A stretch of DNA of 64,000 nt. Origin: Bdellovibrionales bacterium (lineage in GTDB: Bacteria > Bdellovibrionota > Bdellovibrionia > Bdellovibrionales > UBA1609). The stretch lies in the NCBI GenBank assembly GCA_965203095.1, contig OZ241877.1, positions 1,376,001 to 1,440,000 of the forward strand. The letters are read 5' to 3'. The notes beneath the pieces are model-generated. The model was not told the DNA's origin and made no database searches. It saw nothing but the letters and a program-made list of their open reading frames with translations. Position 1 is the first letter of the stretch. Each line of letters opens with the position of its first letter. Shown here one piece after another: positions 51,495-61,149 of the stretch. The position numbers and the translations under genes were made by a program.

Positions 51495-53774
51495 TCAATT
51501 CCCTCGCTCTCTATAAGCATGGGCTTTTAGGGCGGTTAAAATTAAGGTATTGATAATATCTTCCACGGTGCAGGTCCTTTGGACAATATTCACAGGCTTT
51601 TTAACACCCATTAAAAGAGGCCCTAAAACTTCACCTGCCCCTAACTGTTGAACCAGTTTATAGGCAATGTTCCCTGAATCCAAGTTGGGGAAAATCAACA
51701 CATTAGCTCCTTTTTTAAAAGTTTTATGAGGAAAAAGCTCTTGTGACAGCTCTTCGTTAACGGCAATGTCTGCCTGTATTTCCCCTTCCACTTTGAGCTT
51801 TGGTTTCCATTTTTGAATCAGCCGGACAGCCTTTTTTATTTTGAGAGGGGATGAAGGAGGGCTTTTTCTGTCAGTAAAATTTAAAAAACTAAGCAAAGCT
51901 ATCCGAGGTTCGATATGGAAATACTGAGCCATTCTGGCTGTGTAAATGGCTATATGGGCCAACTCTTTTGCTGTGGGATCAATGTTGACCGCAGTGTCAG
52001 CAAAAAACAAGATCCGATCCCTTAGCAAAACAATATTTACTCCGGCCACAGTTCCCCTCTTTCCAGTCCCTAAAACCCTTAACAGGGGCAAGATGCTGTT
52101 TAAGAAGCTGTCTGTAGCCCCAGTCACTAAACCATCTCCTAAGCCTTTTTGGACAGCCATGCTGGCAAAATAATTGTTTTGCCTCATAAGCTTTTTTGCT
52201 TGTTTTGAGCTTACTCCTTTAGCCTTTTTCATCTGAAAAAACTCCTCAGCAAAGGCATTAAAAGAACTGTGCTTTGAGGGCTGAATGATGGGAATATTTT
52301 TTAACTGCCTCCAACGATTTTTAGTAATGAGTTTTTGAATTTTATCTGTCCGGCCCAATAAAACAGGTTCTAAAATTTTTTCTGGAAGGACTGTGTTTAA
52401 GGCATTCAGCACTTTTTCACTTTCTCCTTCTGGCAAAAAAATCACTGGTTTTTTAAAACGGCTGTTATAAGCTGTGACTCTGTGGATGACATTTTTTACA
52501 AAAACTCGGCCTTCGCTTTGAAAAGCCTCCAACTGTTGAATGTATTTTTTAAAATTTTTTATAGGCTTTCTGGCCGATCCGCTTTTCATAGCGGCACGGG
52601 CCACTGCTGGGGCCACTGTGGTTAAAACTCTGAGGTCAAAAGGCTTAGGAATAATGTAATCAGGGCCAAAATGAAAGATCTCTCCAGAATAAGCCTTAGA
52701 AACACTGTGGGGAACGGTTTTTTTGGCCAAATCGGCTAAAGCTTGAACGGCGGCCAGTTTCATTTCCTTATTAATGTATCGGGCCTGAACATCTAAGGCC
52801 CCGCGAAACAAAAAGGGAAAGCCCAAAACATTGTTCACCTGATTAGGAAAATCACTTCGCCCTGTAGCAACAATCACATCGGGTCTGATTTTTTTGGCCT
52901 TTTCTGGATGAATCTCTGGATCCGGGTTGGCCATAGCAAACACAATGGGCCGGGGGGCCATGGATTTGAGCATGTCCGGCTTTAAGATCCCCCGGACACT
53001 GAGGCCAATAAAAACATCTGCCCCCTTCAGGGCCTCTTTTAATGTCATGCCGGTTGTGGCTTTAGCCCATTTTTTTTTGTATTTGTTCATCCCTTGTTTT
53101 CGCCCTTTATAAATGAGTCCCAGAGAATCACAGAGGCTAATATGAGCCTTAGGCACACCCAGCTCAGTGAGCAGTTGGGCACAAGATAGGGCCGCGGCCC
53201 CCGCACCGCTAAAAACCACTTTAATTTTTTTTATATGTTTTTTTTGAAGATAACAGGCGTTTAAAAGAGCTGATGAGGTGATAATGGCTGTCCCGTGCTG
53301 ATCGTCATGAAAAACCGGTATGTCCATTTCTTTTTCTAAAATTCTCTCAATTTCAAAACATTCTGGTGCCGCAATGTCCTCTAAGTTGATGCCACCAAAA
53401 GAAGGTTCAAGATTTTTGCAAACGGCCACAAATTCCTTAACGGATTGGGCTTTAATTTCAATATCAAAAACATTGATGCCAGCAAATTTTTTAAATAAAA
53501 CGGCCTTGCCCTCCATGACCGGCTTGGCCGACAGAGGGCCTATTCGGCCCAAACCCAAAACGGCACTCCCATTGCTAATCACAGCAACAAGATTGCCTTT
53601 GCCGGTATAGTTAAAAACCTCTTCTGGATGGCGAGCTATCTCCTTACAAGGCTCAGCCACTCCGGGGCTATAAGCCAAAGATAATTGTCGCTCGGAATCC
53701 ACTTTTTTAGTGGGCCGGATTTCCAACTTGCCGGGGGGCTTTTTCCGATGATAGTGTAAAGCTTCTTTCTTCAT
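51495..53774 (-). CDS. maeB: NADP-dependent malic enzyme with PTA domain
   Basis: LSLAYSPGVA, FHDDQHGT, TGRSDFPNQVNN, FPNLDSGNIAYK. Confidence 0.96.
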   Translation of the reverse strand: MKKEALHYHRKKPPGKLEIRPTKKVDSERQLSLAYSPGVAEPCKEIARHPEEVFNYTGKGNLVAVISNGSAVLGLGRIGPLSAKPVMEGKAVLFKKFAGINVFDIEIKAQSVKEFVAVCKNLEPSFGGINLEDIAAPECFEIERILEKEMDIPVFHDDQHGTAIITSSALLNACYLQKKHIKKIKVVFSGAGAAALSCAQLLTELGVPKAHISLCDSLGLIYKGRKQGMNKYKKKWAKATTGMTLKEALKGADVFIGLSVRGILKPDMLKSMAPRPIVFAMANPDPEIHPEKAKKIRPDVIVATGRSDFPNQVNNVLGFPFLFRGALDVQARYINKEMKLAAVQALADLAKKTVPHSVSKAYSGEIFHFGPDYIIPKPFDLRVLTTVAPAVARAAMKSGSARKPIKNFKKYIQQLEAFQSEGRVFVKNVIHRVTAYNSRFKKPVIFLPEGESEKVLNALNTVLPEKILEPVLLGRTDKIQKLITKNRWRQLKNIPIIQPSKHSSFNAFAEEFFQMKKAKGVSSKQAKKLMRQNNYFASMAVQKGLGDGLVTGATDSFLNSILPLLRVLGTGKRGTVAGVNIVLLRDRILFFADTAVNIDPTAKELAHIAIYTARMAQYFHIEPRIALLSFLNFTDRKSPPSSPLKIKKAVRLIQKWKPKLKVEGEIQADIAVNEELSQELFPHKTFKKGANVLIFPNLDSGNIAYKLVQQLGAGEVLGPLLMGVKKPVNIVQRTCTVEDIINTLILTALKAHAYRERGN

Positions 53775-53848
53775 GATATGCCTTAAATCAGCATAAATCT
53801 TATAGAATTTATTTTCAAGTGGTGAAAGGGCGGAGTGTCTACTCTATT

Positions 53849-54042
53849 TTAGTTGCTCGTGAAAAAGCTCTATAATTTACAGGGGATTCTTCAGTTTCTT
53901 TGCCTAAAGGTCCGTCCCATTTCGGGACGGCAATACCTTGGACCCTTATGGGACGGCCTTTAGGCAAAAGTGATTGAAAAGTCTGCCCCTGTAAAAGTAG
54001 AGAATGAGAAGGGCTAAGTGAGACTTTTTTACGGGCGACTAA
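53849..54042 (+). mobile_element. Palindromic element copy F (stem type I)
   Basis: TIRs TTAGTTGCTCGTGAAAAAG / CTTTTTTACGGGCGACTAA; stem 53899-53920 with 53948-53968; core at 53932-53944; closely similar to copy A. Confidence 0.85.
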
Positions 54043-54249
54043 TATGTAGTGAGATAAAGAAAACATAGTATGTCTAAATTTTCTGTCCGATTTTAAAAAA
54101 GGCTTGTTTCCAAGGGTTTCAAGCTTTTTTCCCTCCTCCAATAGGCGAACTCAAGGCAGAGATATTTTTTCATCTCTTTAAAAAAGCTCCTTTTTGAAGA
54201 GAACTTTTTCTGATTGTCCCGATTTTGACGCTTTGCAAGTTAATATTTG

Positions 54250-54420
54250 AGCTAATTAGTTGTCCGTGAAAAACCTTTGTTTTTTAACTTTTTTTGTCCA
54301 AAGGACCATTCCATTTCGGGACGGCAATACCTTGGACCCTCATGGAATGGCCTTTGGACAAAAGCAGGAAAAAGAGGACGAGGCTTTTTGTCCAGCTTTT
54401 TCACGGACGACTAATTAGCT
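54250..54420 (+). mobile_element. Palindromic element copy G (stem type IV)
   Basis: 24-bp TIR with 1 mismatch; stem 54292-54314 with 54342-54363; core at 54326-54338. Confidence 0.85.
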
Positions 54421-54592
54421 CCGATTCAAAGGAAAAAGCCCATAAATGCTGTGTTTGTGAGGATTCTGTAGGCTTTTTCTCTTATTTTTCTGCTTGGGGA
54501 TTAAAAAAAAGTTATTTATTCCTATATTTAGGGCTTGCTCCCACATAAAAATCTTGATAGGTTAAAAATATCTTTTACATAGGAGGTCTAAA

Positions 54593-55027
54593 ATGAAAAA
54601 ATATTTCTCAATACTTTTACTGGCCTGTTTTGCAATATTGTGGACAGGTTGCGATAAGACAGACGAACCAGAGGGTGGTTCAGCAGATGAACAATCGGCA
54701 GAAGAGTCAACATCAGGTGCTGATTCAGCAGAGGAAACAGTGGCAGAAGAGCCAACATCACTGGCTGGAAGGGTCCAAGTCGCATTAACAAAAGCTACGG
54801 AACTTATCAGTGCCAACTCAGATTGTGCATATAAGCTTGAAGTTTTCACGGCTACGGCACCTGGCAGTGTTACGCAAGCAACTGTTTCAACTCTTCAACA
54901 GGAAGCTCAAACTAAAGGATTTGCCTATAGAGTTTCAAAAGATGGCACCAACGAATGTAGCACAAAAGTCATCAATAGCCAAGTTTGTCATAATAAGTTT
55001 AAGAAATTATGTACTGAGGCCAGTTAG
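54593..55027 (+). CDS. Small acidic lipoprotein with four Cys in the C-terminal domain
   Basis: SD AGGAGG, lipobox WTGC, own terminator. Confidence 0.8.
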   Translation: MKKYFSILLLACFAILWTGCDKTDEPEGGSADEQSAEESTSGADSAEETVAEEPTSLAGRVQVALTKATELISANSDCAYKLEVFTATAPGSVTQATVSTLQQEAQTKGFAYRVSKDGTNECSTKVINSQVCHNKFKKLCTEAS

Positions 55028-55105
55028 ATCCTGACTTAAGTTTGCCGTTTAGAGAAGTGATTTGAAGAAGACTTAGATTATAAATTTTAGAGGATTCATA
55101 GTCAA

Positions 55106-55132
55106 AAAAGGACAGGTAAAATCTGTCCTTTT
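55106..55132. terminator. Intrinsic, potentially bidirectional terminator
   Basis: AAAAGGACAG-gtaaaat-CTGTCCTTTT. Confidence 0.75.
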
Positions 55133-55193
55133 AATAGAGCTTTTTGATAAATGAAAAGAGGTTTTTTTTAATTCAGCTCTGCCATGTGTCTTT

Positions 55194-57020
55194 ATGTTGA
55201 ATATTCTTATCGGGCACAGAGGGACAGGCAAAAGCCACTTTTTAAAGCTTTTGCAAGTGGCTTATGGCAATAAAGCCCTGGTTTTTGACTTAGATAAGGA
55301 AATCGAAAAATCAGAAGGCCAAAGCCTTTCCCTTTTATTTCAACAAAGTGAAAATAAATTCCGTAAAATAGAAAGCCAAACTTTTAAAAAGCTCATCAGC
55401 TCTATTCCAAAAAACAAAATTTGTTTTGTGGCTGTGGGTGCAGGTTTTATTTTTAAAAAAGATTTTTCTTGGAATATAATCCACCTTTGCCGTAACAGTG
55501 ACGAATCAGGAAGAGTGTTTTTTAATCGCCCACGGCTGAAACCCCATAAAGATCCTTTTAAGGAATACCATTTTTTTTATAAAAAAAGAGTGGGCTATTA
55601 CTTCCGACAAGCAGACGAACAGTGGTTCCGGCGAGAGCATTTTCCCGATCTGGAGGATTCTGATAAACTTTTTCTTTCTCTTAAAAAAAACATAAAACCT
55701 CATTTTGCTCTCCGGTTAGACCCTCAATTGTGCCCTAAAAATAAAAACCAACTCCGGCTTTTTTTGCAAAAAAGGCTGAACTGGGGGATAAGGTTTTTTG
55801 AGTTGAATGACCAAACCGCAAACAATGAGTTTGTTCAAGCGGTTCGATCTTTTGTCCCGGAGAGAAAAATTTTATTCTCTGCACAAGTTTCCAAAAAATT
55901 TTTATATATAAAAAACAAACAAAACTTCAGTTGGGATTTGAGTTTGGGCCGGCCCCCAAAATCAGCTCAATTTTTGAGCTGGCACAATAGGAACAAAAAA
56001 AGTTTGAAAGCCATTTTGCTGGAATTTTCCACTTACAAAAACCGTCATTTAAAATTAGCTGTGGAAATTTTTAACCTCAGAGAACTAAAAATGGCTTATG
56101 ACTGGCAAAAAGAAGATCCCAGGAACCGGAGTTTTTTGCCTCGTTCAAAAAAGGGCCGATGGCTTTGGTTTCGGCAAGTTTTTGGCCCTAAAATGCGACT
56201 TCACTTTATTAGGGAACGAGCATGTCATTTTAAAAAACCAGAAAAAGGCTCAAAGGATATTTTGGATCAGCCCTTCTTGTCCGAAGCTCTTCCTTATATA
56301 AAACCCTGGAAAGCTCTGGCCGGAGTTTTAGGCGATCCGGTCAGCCTTTCGGCCACACCGGCAGAGCAAAATCACTTTTTTTATGAAAAGAGATCAGTTC
56401 CCGTTTTGTCCCTCCCTCTCAAGCTGAAAGAGATGACAAAAGAGAATTTAAAAATTTTAAGTGATCTTCATTTTATTTTTTTTGCTGTCACATCCCCTTT
56501 AAAAAAGAAAGCTTTTTTATGTGTAAGTGCTACTGACAAAATCTCCCAGCAAGTGCAATCAGTTAACACCTTGATCTGGAATCAAAAAAAATGGTTGGCT
56601 TTTAATACAGACTTTGATGGCTCAAAAAAGTTAATCCCTTACTCTTCAAACACAACAGCTGTTTGGGGCGGAGGCGGTTTAAGGCCCGTTTTGCAAAAAA
56701 GATTGCCATTCGCTCGATTTTATTCTGCAAGGACTGGGCGAGAACTGCCCCGGCCAAAGCCCTCCAAAAGCTTTTCCCCAAAAACTGTGATTTGGGCTGT
56801 AGGGCGAGGGAGGATGAAAAAAGCCCTTATGCCACCTCAGCATTGGATGCCCACTCAAGTAATAGATATGAATTACACTGAAGACTCCCCTGGCCGTGAT
56901 TACGCCTTGAAAACTGGTGCCAATTACACTAATGGCTGGGCTTTTTTTAAGGAGCAAGCGAAAAAACAAAGGGATATATTTTTGCGAATAGAACGACAAA
57001 AGGATATACTCAAAAGATGA
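55194..57020 (+). CDS. Fused shikimate kinase / dehydroquinase-like / shikimate dehydrogenase
   Basis: IGHRGTGKS and DLDKEIE (kinase); LKLAV (AroD-like); VTSPLK, SVNTL and NTD (AroE); upstream of aroC. Confidence 0.8.
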   Translation: MLNILIGHRGTGKSHFLKLLQVAYGNKALVFDLDKEIEKSEGQSLSLLFQQSENKFRKIESQTFKKLISSIPKNKICFVAVGAGFIFKKDFSWNIIHLCRNSDESGRVFFNRPRLKPHKDPFKEYHFFYKKRVGYYFRQADEQWFRREHFPDLEDSDKLFLSLKKNIKPHFALRLDPQLCPKNKNQLRLFLQKRLNWGIRFFELNDQTANNEFVQAVRSFVPERKILFSAQVSKKFLYIKNKQNFSWDLSLGRPPKSAQFLSWHNRNKKSLKAILLEFSTYKNRHLKLAVEIFNLRELKMAYDWQKEDPRNRSFLPRSKKGRWLWFRQVFGPKMRLHFIRERACHFKKPEKGSKDILDQPFLSEALPYIKPWKALAGVLGDPVSLSATPAEQNHFFYEKRSVPVLSLPLKLKEMTKENLKILSDLHFIFFAVTSPLKKKAFLCVSATDKISQQVQSVNTLIWNQKKWLAFNTDFDGSKKLIPYSSNTTAVWGGGGLRPVLQKRLPFARFYSARTGRELPRPKPSKSFSPKTVIWAVGRGRMKKALMPPQHWMPTQVIDMNYTEDSPGRDYALKTGANYTNGWAFFKEQAKKQRDIFLRIERQKDILKR

Positions 57021-58063
57021 ATGCCAACAGTTCCGGTCATATTTTTAAATTTCACAGTTTTGGGGAGAGTCATGGCCCAGCTATGGGGGCAGTGATTGAG
57101 GGTTGTCCCGCAGACTTGCAGGTATCCACAAAGCTTTTGCAAGAAGAACTGAACCGCCGGCGACCCGGACGCCATCCTTGGGAGTCTTCCAGAAAAGAAC
57201 CCGATCAGGCAGAAATTTTGAGCGGGGTTTTTAAAGGAAAAACCTTGGGAACTCCTATAGCTGTCTTAGTTTTTAATAAAAATCAAAAAAGCAGAGATTA
57301 TCACTGGGCTGAAAAAAAACCTCGTGCAGGCCACAGCGAAGATCTTTGGAAAGCCAAGTTTTCGCATTATGATCCAAGGGGCGGGGGTCGCTCCTCTGGA
57401 AGAGAGACTGTGGCCCGTGTGATTGCCGGAGCCTTTGCACGAATGGCACTTCAAAAACTTTGCCCTGAGTTCAAAGTGATGGCTTTTGTCCGTCAGATCG
57501 GAAATATAAAGATCCTTCCCAAAGAGATGGCCACAGCGGAAATGCTCTTCCAAAAACAAGCCCTTTCAGAAACATTTAAAGCCTGTATCCCTCATAAGGA
57601 AAAATCAGAACAGGCGGTTCAACAGTTAATGAAAGCCAAAAAAGAGGGGAATAGCTTAGGTTCTCTTGTCCAGCTTTGGATAGGCAATTTGCCCAAAGGC
57701 TTGGGCCAGCCCCTATTTTGTAAGTTCAAATCGGATTTGGCTCAAAGGATTATGAGCCTTCCGGCCAGTATGGGCTTTGAGTTGGCTTTGGGCATGGATT
57801 CGGCTTCAGCTGAAGGAAAAGACTTTCACCGTTTTAAAGAAAATTATGGCGGTTTGAGAGGGGGTCTCACTACAGGAGAGAGGCTTTGCTTGAAAGTGGC
57901 TTTTAAGCCTCCTTCTTCTATAGGAGATATTTCTAAAAAAGGGCGACATGACCCTTGCATTGGCCCCAGAGCGGTCCCCGTTATAGAGGCCATTGCTCGC
58001 CTTGTCACAGTGGATCATCTTCTTTGGAAGCGATTGGACCGGATGGAAAAGCCTGTTTTTTAA
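57017..58063 (+). CDS. aroC: Chorismate synthase
   Basis: FGESHG, RRRPG, GGGRSSGRET, GRHDPCI. Confidence 0.96.
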   Translation: MNANSSGHIFKFHSFGESHGPAMGAVIEGCPADLQVSTKLLQEELNRRRPGRHPWESSRKEPDQAEILSGVFKGKTLGTPIAVLVFNKNQKSRDYHWAEKKPRAGHSEDLWKAKFSHYDPRGGGRSSGRETVARVIAGAFARMALQKLCPEFKVMAFVRQIGNIKILPKEMATAEMLFQKQALSETFKACIPHKEKSEQAVQQLMKAKKEGNSLGSLVQLWIGNLPKGLGQPLFCKFKSDLAQRIMSLPASMGFELALGMDSASAEGKDFHRFKENYGGLRGGLTTGERLCLKVAFKPPSSIGDISKKGRHDPCIGPRAVPVIEAIARLVTVDHLLWKRLDRMEKPVF

Positions 58064-58103
58064 AGATCGCCTAAGTAAAAACAAGCAATGAGGTCCAAGA
58101 GTG

Positions 58104-58131
58104 CTGGATTTCCGCAAAAGCAGGAATCCAG
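58104..58131 (+). repeat. REP-like palindrome
   Basis: CTGGATTTCCGCAAAAGCAGGAATCCAG. Confidence 0.65.
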
Positions 58132-58182
58132 AAAAGCCTGGAGATTTTTTCATTATGAACCTCATAGCTGTTTGACTTACAG

Positions 58183-58232
58183 ACACAAAATGATAAACTT
58201 GCAACATCCATTGTTGGTTTATCATTTTGTGT
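58183..58232. other. Perfect 16-bp inverted repeat with 18-nt spacer
   Basis: ACACAAAATGATAAAC-N18-GTTTATCATTTTGTGT. Confidence 0.85.
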
Positions 58233-58690
58233 TCTTATGTTGCTGGCCTCATTCCCTGAATGGGGCTTTTGACTATCCGAGTCCATAAGTGAAGTTTTTT
58301 TGTCAAGCTGACTGTCCCCTATGTCAAACTGGATTTTTCAGTAGGCAGAGTAGGATTATTTAAGTTTAGGATTTTGTTAAAAAAACTTAAAGCCTCCCGG
58401 CAAAAAAAGAGCCGTAAACTGTGGCCACCCCCTTTTGCTTGGGACTCCACACTTGTTTTTAAGGCTTATTTGCGTCTTGAAGGGCTGGATGTGGATGTGT
58501 TTTCAGAGGGATAAAGAACATATCGGCCACTGCCAATTCTGGTTTCGTCCCATTTCAATGTTTCCTTTGTCAAGTCTCTGCCTCTATCAAGCCATTTTTC
58601 CTTTGTCCAACTATCAGCCAGAATAGGCTTTTTTCCACAGCTGAGGCTTTTTGATAGAAGATTAGAGAGAAAAATAGAGGGGTCTTAGGC

Positions 58691-59350
58691 TTAATTCCCC
58701 CAGTTAATCTTGTCTGTGTTCAATGCTCCGCTGGCCATAATCATGTCACGATATGTTGAGTCTATAAAAACCCCCGCTAAGTCTGCTCCAGTCAGGGTTG
58801 CTTCTGTTAAGTTTGTTCCTGTTAAAGTCGCTCCCTCCAAGTTTGCCTCTGTCAAGTTTGCCTCTGTTAAGTTTGCTTTTTTTAAATTTGCCCTTGTCAA
58901 GTTTGCCTTTGTTAAGTCTGCCTTTGTCAGGTTTGCCTTTGTTAAGATCGCCTTAAACAAGTCTGCCCTAAACAAGTTTGCCTCTGTTAAGTTTGCTTTT
59001 TTTAAATTTGCCCTTGTCAAGTTTGCCTTTGTTAAGTCTGCCTTTGTCAGGTTTGCCTTTGTTAAGTTCGCTTTTATCAAGTTCGCCCCTTTCAAGTTCG
59101 CATTTATCAAGTTCGCCCTTTTCAAGTTCGCTGTCAGCAAGATCGCTTCCGCTAAATCTTTTTTCCCTTGTTTTATTTTTTTTATCAGCTCTGCTTGTTT
59201 TTTTCTCTCTTCTAAAGTGAGTTGTGGAATAGTCATATAAGTCCCCTTTTCAGTCTCTTCTAAGGTGATTTGATTAAGCTCTACCTTCCGTTGGTTTTGC
59301 CCCTGAGCTGGGATTGCAAACATAAAAAGAATTAAAATCAGACCTTTCAT
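58691..59350 (-). CDS. Secreted pentapeptide-repeat protein (PRP2)
   Basis: Signal peptide, ANLTK repeats with an internal duplication of 120-bp period, cap GALNTDKINW. Confidence 0.9.
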   Translation of the reverse strand: MKGLILILFMFAIPAQGQNQRKVELNQITLEETEKGTYMTIPQLTLEERKKQAELIKKIKQGKKDLAEAILLTANLKRANLINANLKGANLIKANLTKANLTKADLTKANLTRANLKKANLTEANLFRADLFKAILTKANLTKADLTKANLTRANLKKANLTEANLTEANLEGATLTGTNLTEATLTGADLAGVFIDSTYRDMIMASGALNTDKINWGN

Positions 59351-59411
59351 ACTTATCTTATCGGGTTATTGTCCGGGAATATAAAGAAAAAAGAACCGTA
59401 AACTTTTGCGT

Positions 59412-59662
59412 TCATACTTTTCCCCATAGTTTTTTATAGCGTTCAAGTTCTTTTTGTGAGAGTTCTGCGTCTTCACTGTTGTTGGGTTGATTTTGTTGCA
59501 GTTTTTTGGCTTTGATTTTTAGTGCTTGCATTTCTGGGGAAACACCTAAGAAGTGGGAGGCCATAGTTAAAGCGTGATTGGGGTCAATATCGCCTTCTAA
59601 TGATCTTTGTTTGCCTTTTGGTTTTCTGGCTGTCCGGGATTTTCTTAGTATTTTTTTCTCAT
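59412..59662 (-). pseudogene. Small ORF apparently frameshifted in an A7 run near its start
   Basis: TATAAT just upstream of ATG 59662; ATG AGA AAA AAA TAC TAA, while the shifted frame runs about 80 codons to TGA at 59412. Confidence 0.4.
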
Positions 59663-59781
59663 AATGTGCTATTATAGGCCATTTTAGATTGTTTTTTGTG
59701 AGTCTAAAGTCTTGGGTTTAAAGAGGGATAGAGCCGTATACTGTGGCCACCGGGAAAAAGCAAATAAAGGGAATAAAGAGG

Positions 59782-60051
59782 CTATTTGTTTTTGTGTGCT
59801 TGCTTTGACGGATTGTGAGAATGATTTTTAAACTCATAAAACAGCTGTTTAAGCTCCGCTTGCCCCTCTTTTATGCTATCTATATCACTTGATAGCTTGG
59901 CTTGGCCAGCCTCAATCCTGTCTATCCTCTTATCAAGATTAACCTGATTAGCCTTAACCGGAGCTAAAAGGAGATTAAAGACAATTCCTAAGCCAGTTAA
60001 AATAGCCACAAAAGCAATAACAGCTTGAAATAAAGGAGTAAAGATTTTCAT
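59782..60051 (-). CDS. Small TM plus coiled-coil protein, same architecture as 25812-26135
   Basis: TM helix, then LDKRIDRIEAGQAKL; perfect sigma70 promoter upstream. Confidence 0.7.
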   Translation of the reverse strand: MKIFTPLFQAVIAFVAILTGLGIVFNLLLAPVKANQVNLDKRIDRIEAGQAKLSSDIDSIKEGQAELKQLFYEFKNHSHNPSKQAHKNK

Positions 60052-60057
60052 ACATCC

Positions 60058-60086
60058 ATTATATGGACATTGGCCGGGAATGTCAA
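60058..60086 (-). promoter_or_regulatory. Consensus sigma70 promoter, predicted leaderless transcript
   Basis: TTGACA-N17-TATAAT-N6-ATG on the minus strand. Confidence 0.8.
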
Positions 60087-60190
60087 GTTTTTATTTCAAG
60101 TGCTCAAATATCAGCCAGAATAGGTTTTTTTCCCAGCTGAGGCTTTTGATATAGATAAAAATTAGAGAGAAAAATAGAGGGGTCTGAGGC

Positions 60191-60845
60191 TTAATCCACC
60201 CAGTTAATCTTGTCTGTGTTCAATGCTCCGCTGGCCATAATCATGTCACGATATTTTGAGTCTATAAAAGCATACAATAAGTTAGCCCCTTTAAAATCTG
60301 CTCCTTCCAATTTCGCCCCATGCAATTTTGTCGCATTCAAGTTAGCTTTTATTAAGACTGCCTCTGTTAGGTCTGCCTCTGTTAGGTCTGCTCCTACCAA
60401 GTTAGCCTTTGTTAAGTTTGCCTCATACATGGTCACCCATCTTAAGTCTGCCTCTGTTAAGATAGCCTTTGTCAAGGTTGTTGCGGGTATTCTTATCAGT
60501 TCCATTATTGCCCTTGTTAAGTTTGCCATTGTCAAGTTTGCCTTATAATAAGTCTGCCTCTCTCAAGTCTGCCTTCGTTAAGTTAGCCCTTGTTAGGTCT
60601 GCCCATCTCAATTTTGCCTTTGTTAAGTCCGCATTTGTCAAGTCCGCCTCTCTCAAGATTGCCCCTCTCAAATCAGCCCCTCTCAAGATTGCCTTTGTTA
60701 AGTCCGCATTCGTTAAGTCTGCCCTTCTCAAGTTTTCCCCTTCTAAGTCTTTACATTCCCCTTGTCTAATTTCGTCAATCAGGTCTGAGTCTAAGGCCAA
60801 CCCCGGCAAGTTCATTAAAAGGATAAGGCTTAATAGTATTTTCAT
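60191..60845 (-). pseudogene. Pentapeptide-repeat protein PRP3, +1 frameshift near 60545
   Basis: GAC TTA TTA TAA GGC; removing one T restores ADLYKANLT and joins ORFs 60543-60845 and 60191-60535. Confidence 0.8.
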
Positions 60846-60951
60846 TGTGTAGGGTTATAGCAGGATGGATCGGGAAGATAAAGTTTTTTTTAGTCTTTTG
60901 TAAAATTTTCACACAAAAGGGCAGACTTTATTGTGGGGCTTTGTCCTTTAA

Positions 60952-61018
60952 GCTGGTCTTTTGCTTATGCGATAACGGACAGAGCTTTTTCACGAGCGAC
61001 TTAATCGCCTGTGAAAAG
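60952..61018 (+). mobile_element. Right half of a type II element abutting a second left TIR
   Basis: GCTGGTCTTTTGCTTATGCGATA...CTTTTTCACGAGCGAC-TTAA-TCGCCTGTGAAAAG. Confidence 0.65.
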
Positions 61019-61149
61019 CCTTGTTAAAAAGATTGCATTATTCTTCAATTTCTTTAAAAGCCATAGCTTGCTTTTCCATAAAAAGCACTTTATACTATTT
61101 TTTTGGATTCTCAGTAAGTTAAACACCAACTAATAAGGAGAATATACCA

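Noticed and set aside
53839..54548. ORFs 53839-54141 and 54294-54548 (also 34077-34262 and 63290-63505)
   Set aside because: They are read-through translations of the palindromic elements, sharing IAxPW / IFPANKLDFL text, with no independent coding evidence
963..57559. Numerous 60-110 aa ORFs overlapping housekeeping genes
   Set aside because: Alternative-frame or antisense shadows of well-supported genes
58710..60852. Long plus-strand ORFs with KFAFV repeats
   Set aside because: Antisense shadows of the pentapeptide-repeat genes
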